DNA of 49,191 nucleotides from contig NC_068986.1 in assembly GCF_001194135.2 (NCBI RefSeq), positions 63,631,583 to 63,680,773 of the forward strand, given 5' to 3'. Under the pieces are notes generated by a model. The model did not search any database and was not told the DNA's origin. It saw nothing but the letters and a program-made list of their open reading frames with translations. Positions within the stretch are counted from its first letter, which is position 1. Each line of letters begins with the position of its first letter. Shown here one piece after another: positions 20,290 to 32,700 of this stretch. This DNA is from Octopus bimaculoides (lineage: Eukaryota). The translations under genes and the position numbers were made by a program.

Positions 20290-21760
20290 CAGTGAATATG
20301 TAAGGAAATGCAAGTGTGGAAAAAAGTTGACATAGAAAAAAGTAACTGGATGGACAAATCTTATGAGACATATAAAACACCAACATCTAGAGTATTCTAC
20401 TTCACAAGCAACTGGACAACCATCTTTATCAGGTTTTCTTTCACCAAGAAGTAGTTTGGTCAGTTGCTCAGTCTTAAATGTTTATGATTGGATTGAATGG
20501 GTATGTGTTGGCTTAAAACCATTTTCCTTTATTGAAGACCCACTGACTCGTAAGTACACAAACTTCTGAAGTATGACAAATGTGACCTTAAAGAAATACA
20601 TGGAGAAGCTTACTCAAGAAGTGGAAAAGAAAGTATCTGATGAACTTCCAAGTAAATTTTCGTTGGTAATCGACAGTTGAACTAAGGGTTCAACACATTT
20701 CATCGGACTTTTTGCATCTTATTCATGCAATTATCAAAATGACTATTGTACTGTTTTGCTGGCATTTTCATCAATGGTAAGTGAAACATCATTCACTGCT
20801 TCTGATGATGTTGAATTTATCGAGTATGTCTTAAGTGTCTATAACAAAAATTTAGAAAATGTTGTAGCTATTACCAGAGATAATACTGAAGTGAGCAAAT
20901 CTATAGCGAATTTGTGTAGAGTACCATTGATTGGATGTGCCTCTCATAAATTCAATCTAGCTGTTTCTCCTTGTCTCAACAAGCAGGAAGTTCTGCTTGA
21001 TAAAATTAATATGCTGATAAGCTAAAATCATTAAAACTTGAGGGTAAACTTTGGGAAAAATGCCTTTGCAATCTATACAAAGAAATAAAATCCGTTGGTC
21101 CAGTACTTACGACATGATTGAGAGGTATGTCCAACTCAAGCCGTTTTTAGACTCTTTTCAAGGCGATCCAAAGCTGGTTGATTATCTGTTGACTCCACGC
21201 GATCATGATGATCTGCAGACTCTAAAAGACAATTTAGGAGAGTTGCGTTCGGTAACAGTCGTCTTGCAAAAAAGAGAAATAGATTTCAGAGATGTTCGAA
21301 TTCTTTTAGACGAAATTCTCGCATAGTATCTTTACGGGGAGTTTTTTAAATATTTGCTCCCATTGGCAGCCATTGTGAACAGCCTAGATTTTGAAAGTGG
21401 AGTTGTGAAAATTTTAGAACATGCAGAAGCAGAGCTAACTAGAGGAAAGTGATTGCTCTACACCAGCTGAAAGTGGTGACAGACGTCACAACAGTCTGAT
21501 TTACCTGCAGAAGATGATGATTTTGCTTAAATTTGTTTCAAAAAACACAAAAAATATAAAATTTCATCTCAACAATATCCGAGCTGTAGATTTTTGTTAC
21601 CAACGTCCAACATCTTGGAACGTTTCTTCAGCTCAGCAGGTTACGCTTTTAATGATTTTCGGCAATACTTAATACCAATGATTTTAGAAATGTAATTATT
21701 TCTATAAGTCAATCGCGCTTTCCGGGATGAAGACCTAGTTTCAAAAATCTACAATCGTTC
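20290..21760 (+). pseudogene. hAT transposase pseudogene with BED zinc finger
   Basis: KCKCGK..GWTNLMRHIKHQH (BED finger); FSLVID..; TRDN..GCASHKFNLAV (CxxH); RWSSTYDMIERY; PTSNILERFFSSAG. Many stops and frameshifts. Confidence 0.85.
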
Positions 21761-22499
21761 ATGACCTTTTGCTATATTAGCACATTTTAACTGAGAAAAT
21801 CTTTCAATTAAAGACCTTCAATTTATTTGTTTTTCAACTACTGTACAATGTAGAGTATACATGTTGTTTGTTTCCTATTCTAAATCAATAAAATTGAACT
21901 TTGAACGTTTTCTGATAAAGTTTTTTGAAACTATTAAGACGTACCTTTTATTTTCCTATCATTTTGGCTCTTATCTAAACCGAAGCTAACACTCTAAAAT
22001 ATGATATATGGTGTTTTCACGTTCGGCAAAATAATTGATAATTAATTGCAATAATTGATTGGCCTGTATCCCAATTAAAATTAATTGATTGCTAGGAAAA
22101 TAATTGATTGGAAAGGTTCCAATCAATTCAGATATAAAATTTACCAAAGACCGGTTTCATCCACACTCGTAAATCTATAAGTATGGATAAATCTGACAAC
22201 ATGATTTACAAATCTGTCAACAAAAGCACTTTTTTTGTGTCACGAGGAAACAATATTCAAAATATTCTTGAATATTTAGGTGCTCACAAAATATTTTAAA
22301 AGCCTATTCAATGATCATTTCTCCAGAATGTTCTTATCGCGAAGCAGCTCCATCACTGAGCCCTTTCCACCTGTTTGTTTACCTTCTTTTATTTAATGTT
22401 TTCCTCTTCTCGTTAACTTTAGTTGGTGTCAACAAAATATTTATTATTTCTTCCGTTGGCTCTTAAAATCATACAATTATAAATCTACCCCATATTCTG

Positions 22500-22546
22500 C
22501 ACATAAGTGTTGTGAATGTGTACGGCACATTCACAACACTTATGTG
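22500..22546. other. Perfect 21-bp inverted repeat with 5-nt loop
   Basis: cacataagtgttgtgaatgtg-tacgg-cacattcacaacacttatgtg. Confidence 0.95.
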
Positions 22547-22741
22547 GCGAGCTGGCAGAAACATTAGCACACCGGGCAAAAGCGGTATTTCGTCTGTCCT
22601 TACATTCTGAGTTCAAATTCCGCCGAGGTCGACTTTGCCTTTCATCCTTTCGAGATCGATAAATTAAGTACCAGTTGCGTACTGGGGTCGATCTAATCGA
22701 CGCCCAAAATTTCGGGTCTTGTGCCTTGGATAGAAAAGAAT
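22545..22741 (+). mobile_element. Second tRNA-derived SINE family (central domain resembles Nin/Inv-type SINE domains; assignment uncertain)
   Basis: ggcgagctggcagaa..gagttcaaattccgccgaggtcgactttgcctttcatcctttcg..gataaattaagtaccag..; further copies at 29810-30015 and 30055-30250, and a 5' fragment near 44393. Confidence 0.8.
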
Positions 22742-24179
22742 GTGCCACGGCACGGGGTTTTTTTTTCTCTGTGTTTAATTTTCGGGTATGGACATCTTTC
22801 TAACAAGATAAATGTCACATATTTACATTTCGCCGTGACACTACCACCTCCTTGTCTCTCATAAGGCATATTTAAGAAGGAAATATCAGTAAAAGAGCGA
22901 ATATCTGTACCCTTCATCGCAGCATCAAACCCCGAAGATTGAAGGACGTAAACAATGGATCGCTGGCCAAGCGGCGGTCATGCAACTAATGACCGCCAGA
23001 TTCAAATCAGAGTGCCAAACCATCGAAGCTTCTATTGGGAAGGATATACTAATATACTGAACAACCCTCTCCAAGAAAAGAATAGTTCTTGTGTCTAGTC
23101 AAGAGAAATCAATAAGTCTTTGTAAATCCAAATTCTTGTATATATATAGTAGTCAATATTATTACCAGTTGTTCCTATCAGCTTTCGACTTAAGCCATTG
23201 TAATTCTGAACCAAATACATATATAGGACGACCTTTTAAAAATTCTGTTAAAATTTTTTTTTATATTTATGCACAAAAAATAAGGAGGCATTTAGAAAAT
23301 GAAAATTAAAAGCAAAACTTTCGAGAAAAAGAAATAAACCATTTTTCTCGAAGTTTCGTCTTCAACATCCAATTGAACATATAGGATGTCCTCATCAACC
23401 ATTCAAATGAAATCCTGTAAGCAAGCAATACAGTTTACTACTTTATTGATGTCGTACGAATTAGCTATGATCCACGTAGCGAGATTGAACACGTTTAAGA
23501 TTTACGGTTGTCTTCTAGAATTACACTTGTTAATAACACTATTGATTCACCACCCACAGACAGTTTGTCAGAGATATGAAATAACAAAGAATAATGTATT
23601 CTATACAAGTCCCATCTGCTCTTTTTCGTTACGATTAAGACTCGAATCAAAACAAAGAGTAAAAATTTTGTGCACTTAGAAAAAATAAAATTACATGTCT
23701 ATAGCCTTTAGTATTTGATCATTTTGTTGAGATTCGTTATTATTTGAATAAAATAAAACCTTCCAAGCTGTTTCGTTCATCCATTCATACTAAAATAGAC
23801 ACAACTCGTCATGTTAATTCTTTTATTAAAAAGAAATATTGCACAATTGCTTTGTGAAAGTTATTAACACTAAAAGCTTCAAGTTCCTAGCTGGCAAAGA
23901 AAAAAAAACTTTAAATTAATTTTCCTTCATAAACTTTATTTTTCTCCTCATTTGCGCTAACTCAAAGGAACGAACAAGGAACACATTCAATCACAATGTA
24001 CAACTACGGTATTTCATACAAAACAAAATGGTATCCCGTAGCAATTGTCTTTCTGAGATATCAGAGTGACTATTTTTAATGAGATATCTTTAACATTGAT
24101 AAAAGGTTGTTTTGAAATAAAATGCAGTAAATATTTTTCCAAGTTTTGTTTCTTGCCCCCAAAATATATTCGATAAAAA

Positions 24180-24930
24180 AAAAAACAGATGGCAGCTACC
24201 AAATTTTGTGACGTGGTTGTCTTCCATAGTTAATAATAAATAAGCGAGTATAATTATTTTCCTTCTTCACAGTAGCAACAGTGAAAAGAATGTAAACGAA
24301 GGAAAGAAAAAAAAGTACGAAACTCCTATGTACGGGTGCTAGCTCCGGCATGCCATATATGGTAGTAGTTAAACATCCAACATGGCGTTATTGTACTTAT
24401 AAAACGGTAAGTGGCTTAAGTGTTATTTTTATTTCTTGAAAGTTGGCATCATATTTACTAATGCTTCATATTCTTATTAACAGTCTTATTAAATAATTTC
24501 TGTTGTGTAATTTCAGTGCAGCATTTCATATTTTTAAAACTCGATCTGGTGTCATTTAACACATGTAAGAACAATATGCGCTCTGCGTGAGATAGAGAGA
24601 GATGGAGTCGGAGAGGGGGATAAAGAGTGCGTGTTAGAGAGAGAGAGAGAAAAAGGCAGAGTAGGATACTGAGTAACCATCAGCAGAGGGAGAGTGGATT
24701 GAATAAAAGAACAACGAAGAGAAACTACTATCGTTAGTAAGGCATGCTGTAACATCGGCTCGGCGTTATGTATATGTGTAGTATGCGATCGTGTTGATTC
24801 GTGTATCCTATAGAGCTTGCACAGTAAGTGAAAACGCTACCTCAGTCTTTCTGTTCAATGTATCGGGTGTCCGTCTTATTGCAGGAATTAATTTGGCTCA
24901 GCTCAGTGGCACGGCACTTGGGTAGGACAT
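24180..24930 (+). promoter_or_regulatory. Probable promoter/first-exon region of a + strand host gene
   Basis: Visibly CpG-retaining; perfect CArG box CCATATATGG (24353-24362); YY1-like AACATGGCG (~24379); (GA)-rich tract 24590-24720; consensus donors GTAAGT at 24407 and 24824. Confidence 0.45.
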
Positions 24931-24983
24931 TATATATCTCTGTGTATGTGTATTATATATTTATATGTATATATTTGAGTATG

Positions 24984-25015
<32 letters not shown>

Positions 25016-25420
25016 GATGTGTATATATATATATATATATGTGTGTGATGTGTATATATATATATATATATATATATGTGTGATGTGTGTATATATATAT
25101 ATGTGTGATGTGTGTATATATATATATGTGTGATGTGTGTATATATATATATGTGTGANNNNNNNNNNNNNNNNNNNNNNNNNNNNNNNNNNNNNNNNNN
25201 NNNNNNNNNNNNNNNNNNNNNNNNNNNNNNNNNNNNNNNNNNNNNNNNNNNNNNNNNNNNNNNNNNNNNNNNNNNNNNNNNNNNNNNNNNNNNNNNNNNN
25301 NNNNNNNNNNNNNNNNNNNNNNNNNNNNNNNNNNNNNNNNNNNNNNNTATATATATATATATATATATATGTGATGTGTGTATATATATATATATATATG
25401 TGTGATGTGTGTATATATAT
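24930..25420. repeat. Compound (AT)n/GTGTGAT simple repeat spanning a gap
   Basis: Read directly. Confidence 0.9.
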
Positions 25421-26520
25421 ATAATATTGAATGTCTTCTACCCGCCACAACTCAACACTTGTTTTTCGATTACTAACAAAACGGTTTATATAGAAAAAAA
25501 TCTTTACCATTGACAAGTGTATAATCGTTTAGTTAATAGTTTTGGTTTCTTTATTTCTTTCTATTAAAATTTGTTTTAAAACGATCGTTGTCCATGTTTC
25601 TTCTGATATAACATCAAGTGAAGAAAAAAGTTAGATTTTTAACTAGCACTTGAAATTTGTTCTGTTTTACACACAAAAAATATTTAATCTTTTGTATTTA
25701 TCTTAGACATCTGAATATCTTACTGGGTCAAAATGAATGAGATAATTAAATACCACTACACGATTTACAAACGTTTGATTCCTTCTCTTCTTTCAAGCTT
25801 CTAAACCATATTAATTTATTTGTTTATTTCAAACTAAATGCAGTATTTTCTGCTTGTCGATACTACACTAAGTGTTATTTCTAATCTCTGTTCCTTTTAA
25901 ATTCCATTCAACGGGAATAATTAACTTAGCCTGTCCTGTTGTCATGTCACTGTCGGTCTAGAAAAATGTCTTTGCTTACTGTAAGGACCACATTAGCTAT
26001 ACGATCTGATGGCCTGACTTAAGGTTGCGGTATGGAGGTAAAGCCTTCTAATTCTCTCATGACATTGCTTCCTTGCTTTTTGTCACAAATCGTCTCATAA
26101 TTTGTCATTTTTTCTCCGCATCTATTGTTTGTTGGCAACAGGCATGTTTGTTACAATAATGTCTTTTAGAAATTAGTTTTCTTTCTGTTTTTTTTCTGCT
26201 CTTCACACCAAACTGGAATATTTTCCATTGCTTTTTCAAATATGCGTCATGATAAAACTTACATCACTGTTCTCGTTTTTTTTTTTTTTTTATTATCCAT
26301 TAACATTAAGAAAACATGTGAAGGTTATTCGAATATTTTAGCTATTATTATGACAGTATGAAATACATTCTTTATATATAATTGACATAGAACGATTATT
26401 TTTTAAGGGGCCTGTTATCTTAAAAGGTCCTATAGACATTTGTCATTTCCTATTGACCTCATCATTTGGTTTGGATTCAGTGCTCAGGTAATCAGTGAGT
26501 TCTTACACACATACATCTGT

Positions 26521-26556
<36 letters not shown>

Positions 26557-29500
26557 AAAATATAAATGAAAGAACGAATGACGCACGGGTTGCTGACATT
26601 TTAGTTCTGTTCGGTCGAGATAATTTGTTACATCAGTTATAGCTTATTGTATTTTGTTTCAATTTTGTTTCCATTGGAAACAGTAAAATAAATCGATGTA
26701 GAATTGCTGATTCTTTTCACTTTGGGTTGTCAAAAAGAAAAAAAAAACTAACTGAAGATATATCTCTTTTTCACTAGTATTGCTATGCTAACAGATTGCC
26801 TAATATTCTTCATAGCTGGTGCTACCATTTAATTGATGTCTTATATATTTTAAACAGGTGTCAGCTACCCTTGTCATCGTATATTTTCCTTTTCAATGCC
26901 ATACTCGACAAACAATACGTTATATTAACGAATATATGTTGCTTTTCTTTTCTTGTTAATGATTTCATTATCAATTTATCTTTCTATAACTGGGACCCGT
27001 TTTGTCTTTTCCTAAATGTCACATTAAATTGAAACTTGTTTTACCTGCCTGAATACATGGGACATTAGTTTTAAATCGAACACATGCATGTTCTATTCAT
27101 TTTATGTTATCTTACTTTTTATATTAACGTTCTCAGTGTTTCTTTTCCCCAACATTGCCATTTGATTTAGTTTATTGTATTTCGGGATCGTGAAGCCATT
27201 CTTGAACTGCTATATCTGAAAGTGAGGCATTAAGCTTTTCCTTTAACTGCATAGTTGTTGCTGGGCGATCTTTTCGTTGCTGACTGCGTCATTTCCTAAT
27301 TCCCCATCACTTTGTGTGTGTTCTTTAATAATTACATCATCATTCTCAGTCGAAATATTACACATTTTAGACCCATCATCCGAGACGGAATTGAGAAAAT
27401 GAAAGAAAATACTTTATAGCTGATCGCAAAGTATATAACGTTGAAAATCTTGACGCGAAAATTATCAGCTGATGTACTGCAGTTATTAGCTGTTTATAAT
27501 CGTATACATCAAGTGGAAATGTTTAAACAAGAGCGAAGCCATGATTAAGACGACACTTGTAGAATGCTAATCTCAGGTGAAAATGTGTGTGTATATGTGT
27601 GTGTATTTGAAGGCGGTGCTTCAGCATGGTCTTGGCCGTGATGTCTGAAACGAACTTAAGTCAAAATGTTTCTATGGTTGAAACACTAATAGACACTCTG
27701 TTCTGAAGCGGATTAGTTCGAACGTTTGTGATGAATGTGCCTTGATGTTTCGTGACAACCTGGTTATTTTTGCTGCTGTCAACAACTTAAACCATTTTGG
27801 CATCAACTACGCCATACTATATTTCATTTGGATTATATAATTTCTAGTTTGACTAAAGGCTGTTGCTCTTTCGTAGCGAGGCATCTAATTTTGTGTTATC
27901 AATAGTGGTAGAATTCATGCCAGAATCAATTAGGTTGTCATAGTAACAAATTTCCTTTTCATATAAATCACATGTAGTTCTTTCTGATTACAATTTAAAT
28001 AACACACACACATAGTGTGTGTGTATAAGTATATACAGGCATTCAATGTTTCTGTATGAATTCTTTTTAGAAACATTGTCACCACTATGTTTTCACTTCA
28101 TTCATAACTACGAGGATTACAAATCCTGCCCACATTCTTGTGACATCTCGACGTTATTTCCCAACATTGCTGTCCCAACTATTGACTTAGCTTCCAACTA
28201 GGAGCACATGAGGTGATAACCATTATTATTCCATTCATTCCAAATATATTTATGTAGCCAGTGCAAAGTATATATTTTAAACTTGATGTTGCTGTTCAAC
28301 AGTAGCGGATTGGTTGTTCGTTTTATGAGCTTTTCCTTAACAAGTCTTATCCAAGCTTAGCCACTTTATTTAATTTAATAATTACCCATTATTCTGTCAT
28401 AAAGGATTTATATGTATTTAAAATCATTTTTGTTATTGTCGATGTTGTTAGAGAAGTGATTTAGTAGAAGAGCGCCTGACTACTTGTCTTGTTTGTACTG
28501 AATATAAAATACCACCTATCCTGTTATATATTCTTTTACCTAAAAATTAATGATCATCATCAGTGTCACCTTACCAAAAATTAAGACTTAGGCTCCACTG
28601 GTGTCCGATTTTTGACAATGTTAGTTTTTGTTTAGGTCTTAACGTAAAAGTTTTTGCTTTAATTTAAATAGAATTTGAAGATTTTTTGAGAAGAGTTAAC
28701 TGTCTCACCCTAACTTTCCTCTCTAGAATCGATATAATCAAACTGCTAGAATAGTCAATCAACTAGACATGCCTCACTTAGGAAAATGAGTTTTGTGGCT
28801 AAGTAAAAAAAACTATTATTATATCATGAGGCAGTGCAGTAGTTAAAATATTAGTCTCAGACCAAATCTTTATAGTATTTAGCTATGTTACTTTATGGGT
28901 TGATGAAACAAGTACCAACCATTAGGGTTGATTTAAATTGTCTATTCCCTTTCCCATCTTTTGCTGGATGTAAGAAATTGTTATATAATTGGCCAGAGAT
29001 CTATATATTTCTATTCATTTTTCTTAGTTTCACTATTTCATGAGAAGTTACGTCCTTAGGAATATGCTTATTTCAAGGTTTATTTTGGTTCTATTTGGTC
29101 TCATGTAACATGATGGGAGAATATAGAAAATTTCTATGCAAGGATATTTTGGGATTTCAAGTAAATTGATTTCCTTCAATTATAAATATACATTATTAAT
29201 TACTTGTATGCTTGTTGTAGTAATTATTGGAAATGGTTATTAACAGTGGTTCAGTTTTAAATTACAGAATATCCTGTTTCAAATTTAATTTGCAAAGAGG
29301 GATAGGCAGAAAGACTGAGAGAGAAACCAGAACTGCTTCATGATAAATTTAAAATAGAAATGCTGAGTTATTAGAATAATTATCTTTAATTATGAGAAGG
29401 GTGGAGGGTAGAAAGCAATTAGCATATGTTTCTCTGTTTAATATTCCTTTTTGAGTCTTTTTATTATCTGTTTATTTGAAGTAGTAAAGGGTGTCATATT

Positions 29501-29809
29501 ATCCATCCCATCAGCTCCACCTGTCTTAATGATTTAAATATGAAAGAAGTGTATATCTAGTTAAGTGACGAGATTAAATGTTTAATGATCTACACAGTAG
29601 TTGCTTGCAACACAGGGCTTTTTCAAAAAATGTTACAATGATCTTGTGTTGATGTATTTTGCACTATTTTATTATTGAAATGGTTGTTAAGAAATTGTGT
29701 TATGGTATCTCCATTTCAATTACTATTTAATTTTTAGATTATAATTCCAGTGTTGGTTTCTTAAAATGATTTTGTGTAAAGAGTAGTTTATTATTATCAT
29801 TATTATTAT

Positions 29810-30014
29810 GAAGGTGGCGAGCTGACAGAATTGTTAGCACGCTGGGCAAAATGCTTAGCGGTATTTTGCCCATCTCAATGTTTTGAGCAAATTCCGCTGA
29901 GGTCGACTTATCCTTTTAGGGTTGATAAATTAAGTACCAGTTGAGTACTGGGATCGCTGTAATCAACTTAAACCCTCTCCTAAAATTTCAGGCCTTGTGC
30001 CTATAGTAGACAGG

Positions 30015-30015
<1 letters not shown>
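29810..30015 (+). mobile_element. tRNA SINE, family of 22545-22741
   Basis: Collinear match ending in an (ATT)n tail. Confidence 0.85.
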
Positions 30016-30053
<38 letters not shown>

Positions 30054-30054
30054 T

Positions 30055-30250
30055 AAGGTGGCAAGCTGGCAGAACTGTTAGCATGCTGGGCAAAATGCTT
30101 AGCAGCATTTCTTTGTTTTATTCAAATTGTTGAATTCAAATTCTGCCATGATCAACTTTGCTTTTTGTCCTTTTTGGGTCAATAATGTAAGTACTGGGTT
30201 CGATGTAATTTCCTAGTCCCATGCTTTGTGCCTATAATGCAAAGGGTTAC
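30055..30250 (+). mobile_element. Older SINE copy of the same family, directly in tandem
   Basis: aaggtggcaagctggcagaactgttagc.. through tttgtgcctata. Confidence 0.75.
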
Positions 30251-30930
30251 TACTATTTAGTATAAATAATACTTTGAAACAGAGCTTTTGTGACTAAGGG
30301 GTTACTATATCAATCTTCTAAACTGCCATGAGTTCAGAATGCAGACAATTTGCATTATTTCTTTTATTTGCGTAGATCGAATATAAGTACCCTCCTGTAG
30401 TTGATAAAAGAAAGGAATTCCCTGTATAAATCTGTCCTAATGTATGTAATTATTTGAGTGCAAACTGATTTTCTGCCCACTCATCCATTGTATTGAACAG
30501 ATTTCCTGGCGAAAGATAAATATTTCTATGTAGCAAACATATACTTGGAACTGGGTGTTGCACCTTTCTCAGTTGATGCTTTTGTTGGTCCTCTTCTTCT
30601 GAGACACTTAAAGGTATTTTTAGATCTGGTTTCAAAGTGTCAGCCTGGTTAGGATATTAGTCTGAAGCAAGTATTTCTCTCTGCTCTAGTATCTATTTCC
30701 AAAAGATAGGTGAATTGAGGTATTTAATTTTCATTGAACAGCCCAATGCACAATGAGATGCCTGTATTCTAGAACTGTAGTGGTTTGTTTTTTAATATGA
30801 TTACATGCAATACCATGTTAAAACTTGCTCTGGATTGATTTTGCTATATTGATTACTTAAGGCAAAATACACATAAATATTCAAAACATACATAGTTTAT
30901 GATAAATTATCATAATCATTGATACACTAG

Positions 30931-30990
30931 CTTGCCAGTTCCTATCCAACCCATGCCAGCATGGAAGATGGATGTTAAATGCTGATGATA
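30931..30990 (+). mobile_element. RTE 3'-terminal fragment
   Basis: ccaacccatgccagcatggaagatggatgttaaatgctgatgat. Confidence 0.6.
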
Positions 30991-31003
30991 ACATATTTTA
31001 AAT

Positions 31004-31155
31004 TACCGTATTTTAACATGTATAAGGAACTCCCTAATTTTGGGGGCTTAAAATTTGGAAAAAAGGTTTTGTAAGGGATTATAATACTATCCATTTATTT
31101 TTTAAAACCTAATTTTTGGCAAAAAAGGGTTTCTTATACATGTTAAAATAGGGTA
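31004..31155. mobile_element. Tc1/mariner-type (Tigger/pogo-like) MITE
   Basis: 27-nt inverted ends including TA (taccgtattttaacatgtataaggaac versus taccctattttaacatgtataagaaac); about 150 bp. Confidence 0.85.
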
Positions 31156-32519
31156 AATACAAAATCTAATGTTTATGGGAATAAATTATTATTGAACTAG
31201 CAACAATAGTCTAATAATTTTAAAAATTGTTCAGTTCTAGCTAACTGAAACTATATAAATATTAATCACATATTCACACTGAAAACATCGATCTTTACTT
31301 TTGGGATATGTCTGGCATAAATTTTTACCCATTTATAGATAGATAAATTACTGTATTTGTTGTAACAAAAACAGCTGTAAAAATATCCTGTGTAATGCAT
31401 TTGACTGACTGCTTTTACAGCATTTGTTCTGAGCCCAAATCCCAAGTTTTTCAGCCTTTCAAGGTTGATAAAAAGTACCAGTCCAGAGTGGTGGATTGGT
31501 GGAATTAAATGAACCATGTACCTTGAGATATATCTTTTGGTTTTTTTTGTCTTCTGAATTCAAATCCTTCCATGAACTTATATGGGTGGTAGATTTAATC
31601 TATCACCCAATTTTACACCAATTGGTAACTTGCATCTTTGTTACTGGCTTTCAAGTCAGGTATCTGGTTTGAAAATTCTTTTTATCTTCCTCTCTCCCTC
31701 TCTTCCACCTGTCTCAGAGGTCCTGGGAAAAGGATTATGGGCACTGCCTTCCTTCCTGACTGAAAAGATATTAAAAAATAAATTGTTTATCCTCAAGTCA
31801 TTCCTGATCATGAATGCTATGACCATTCTATGATTGTCAGGCTTAGTGTATTCCTGTGCTATCTACCTCACATATCCGTATGATGTAATTTTAACAGAGA
31901 TTTGGCTGCAATTTCTATCATGTAGAATGACTGTATAAAGGGCTTTTCTTGGTCTGTCTGTCTATTGTATGTGTTTCAGTGTATGGGCATATGTTTCTTA
32001 GAAGCTTTACTTTTCATGCGAGGAATAAGAAATTCTTAGATGTTTCTTCATTACAGGCTTTTACTCTTTGAAGATTTCATGAATCATTTCTCTGATCAAT
32101 ATGAATTTTTGGTTAATAACAGTTTTTATCACAAAATGTTCCCTTCAGTTTTTAAAATTTTAAACTGCGTTATAAAAATTAAAAAACAAAGTTAATGAAT
32201 TATAATATATGACTTCCAATTTATTTCTTCAAACCTATTAGAATTTTCAATTAAAAAAAAAAAAAAAGAAAAGAAAACTTATGCAGAAGATTAAATGAGA
32301 ATGAAAAAGAGATTGATTCTTTTTAATTTCAAGACATTAACCAATTTATAATCTCCATCTTTGAAAATATTTATTTGCATTAGGCCTTTTTATTGTTTTC
32401 TGTGCAAGTTTCTCCTTAATACTTCTGCTTTCCACCAAATGTAAAAATTTCTCAGAATACAATTTGTTCTGAATTATTTTGATGGTAATCAATTTTATTG
32501 TAAGTATGAATGCATGTGT

Positions 32520-32700
32520 GTAGATGTAGCTGTGTGGTTAAGAAGTTTGGTTTGTTACCACATAATTTTGGGTTCAATGCCATTGCATGGCTGTTTTTGG
32601 AATGTCTTCTGCAATATCTTTAGCTCATTCAAAGACTTGTAAGCGATATTTGGTAAGCTGGAAGTTGTGGGGAATCCCACTGGATGATTGTGTATGCTTA
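32520..32700 (+). mobile_element. Old CORE-type SINE 5' part
   Basis: gtagctgtgtggttaagaagtt..ccacat..gggttcaatgccattgcatggc.. aligns loosely with 41282. Confidence 0.55.

Larger units (their letters stand above)
19585..22130 (+). mobile_element. hAT-superfamily DNA transposon, decayed; right end uncertain
   Basis: The left end is cagggg followed by clustered aattaattgatt motifs; a similar cluster lies at 22030-22130. An exact right TIR was not found. Confidence 0.7.

Noticed and set aside
8701-22130. Fanzor/TnpB, RAG-like or other RNA-guided nuclease cargo in the DNA transposons
   Set aside because: No RuvC-like or additional ORF is visible; the mariner and hAT lengths are accounted for by their transposases.
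30499-30620. Possible + strand exon (DFLAKDKYFYVANIYLELG..RHLK)
   Set aside because: Weak pyrimidine tract, unrecognised peptide, and no supporting neighbours.
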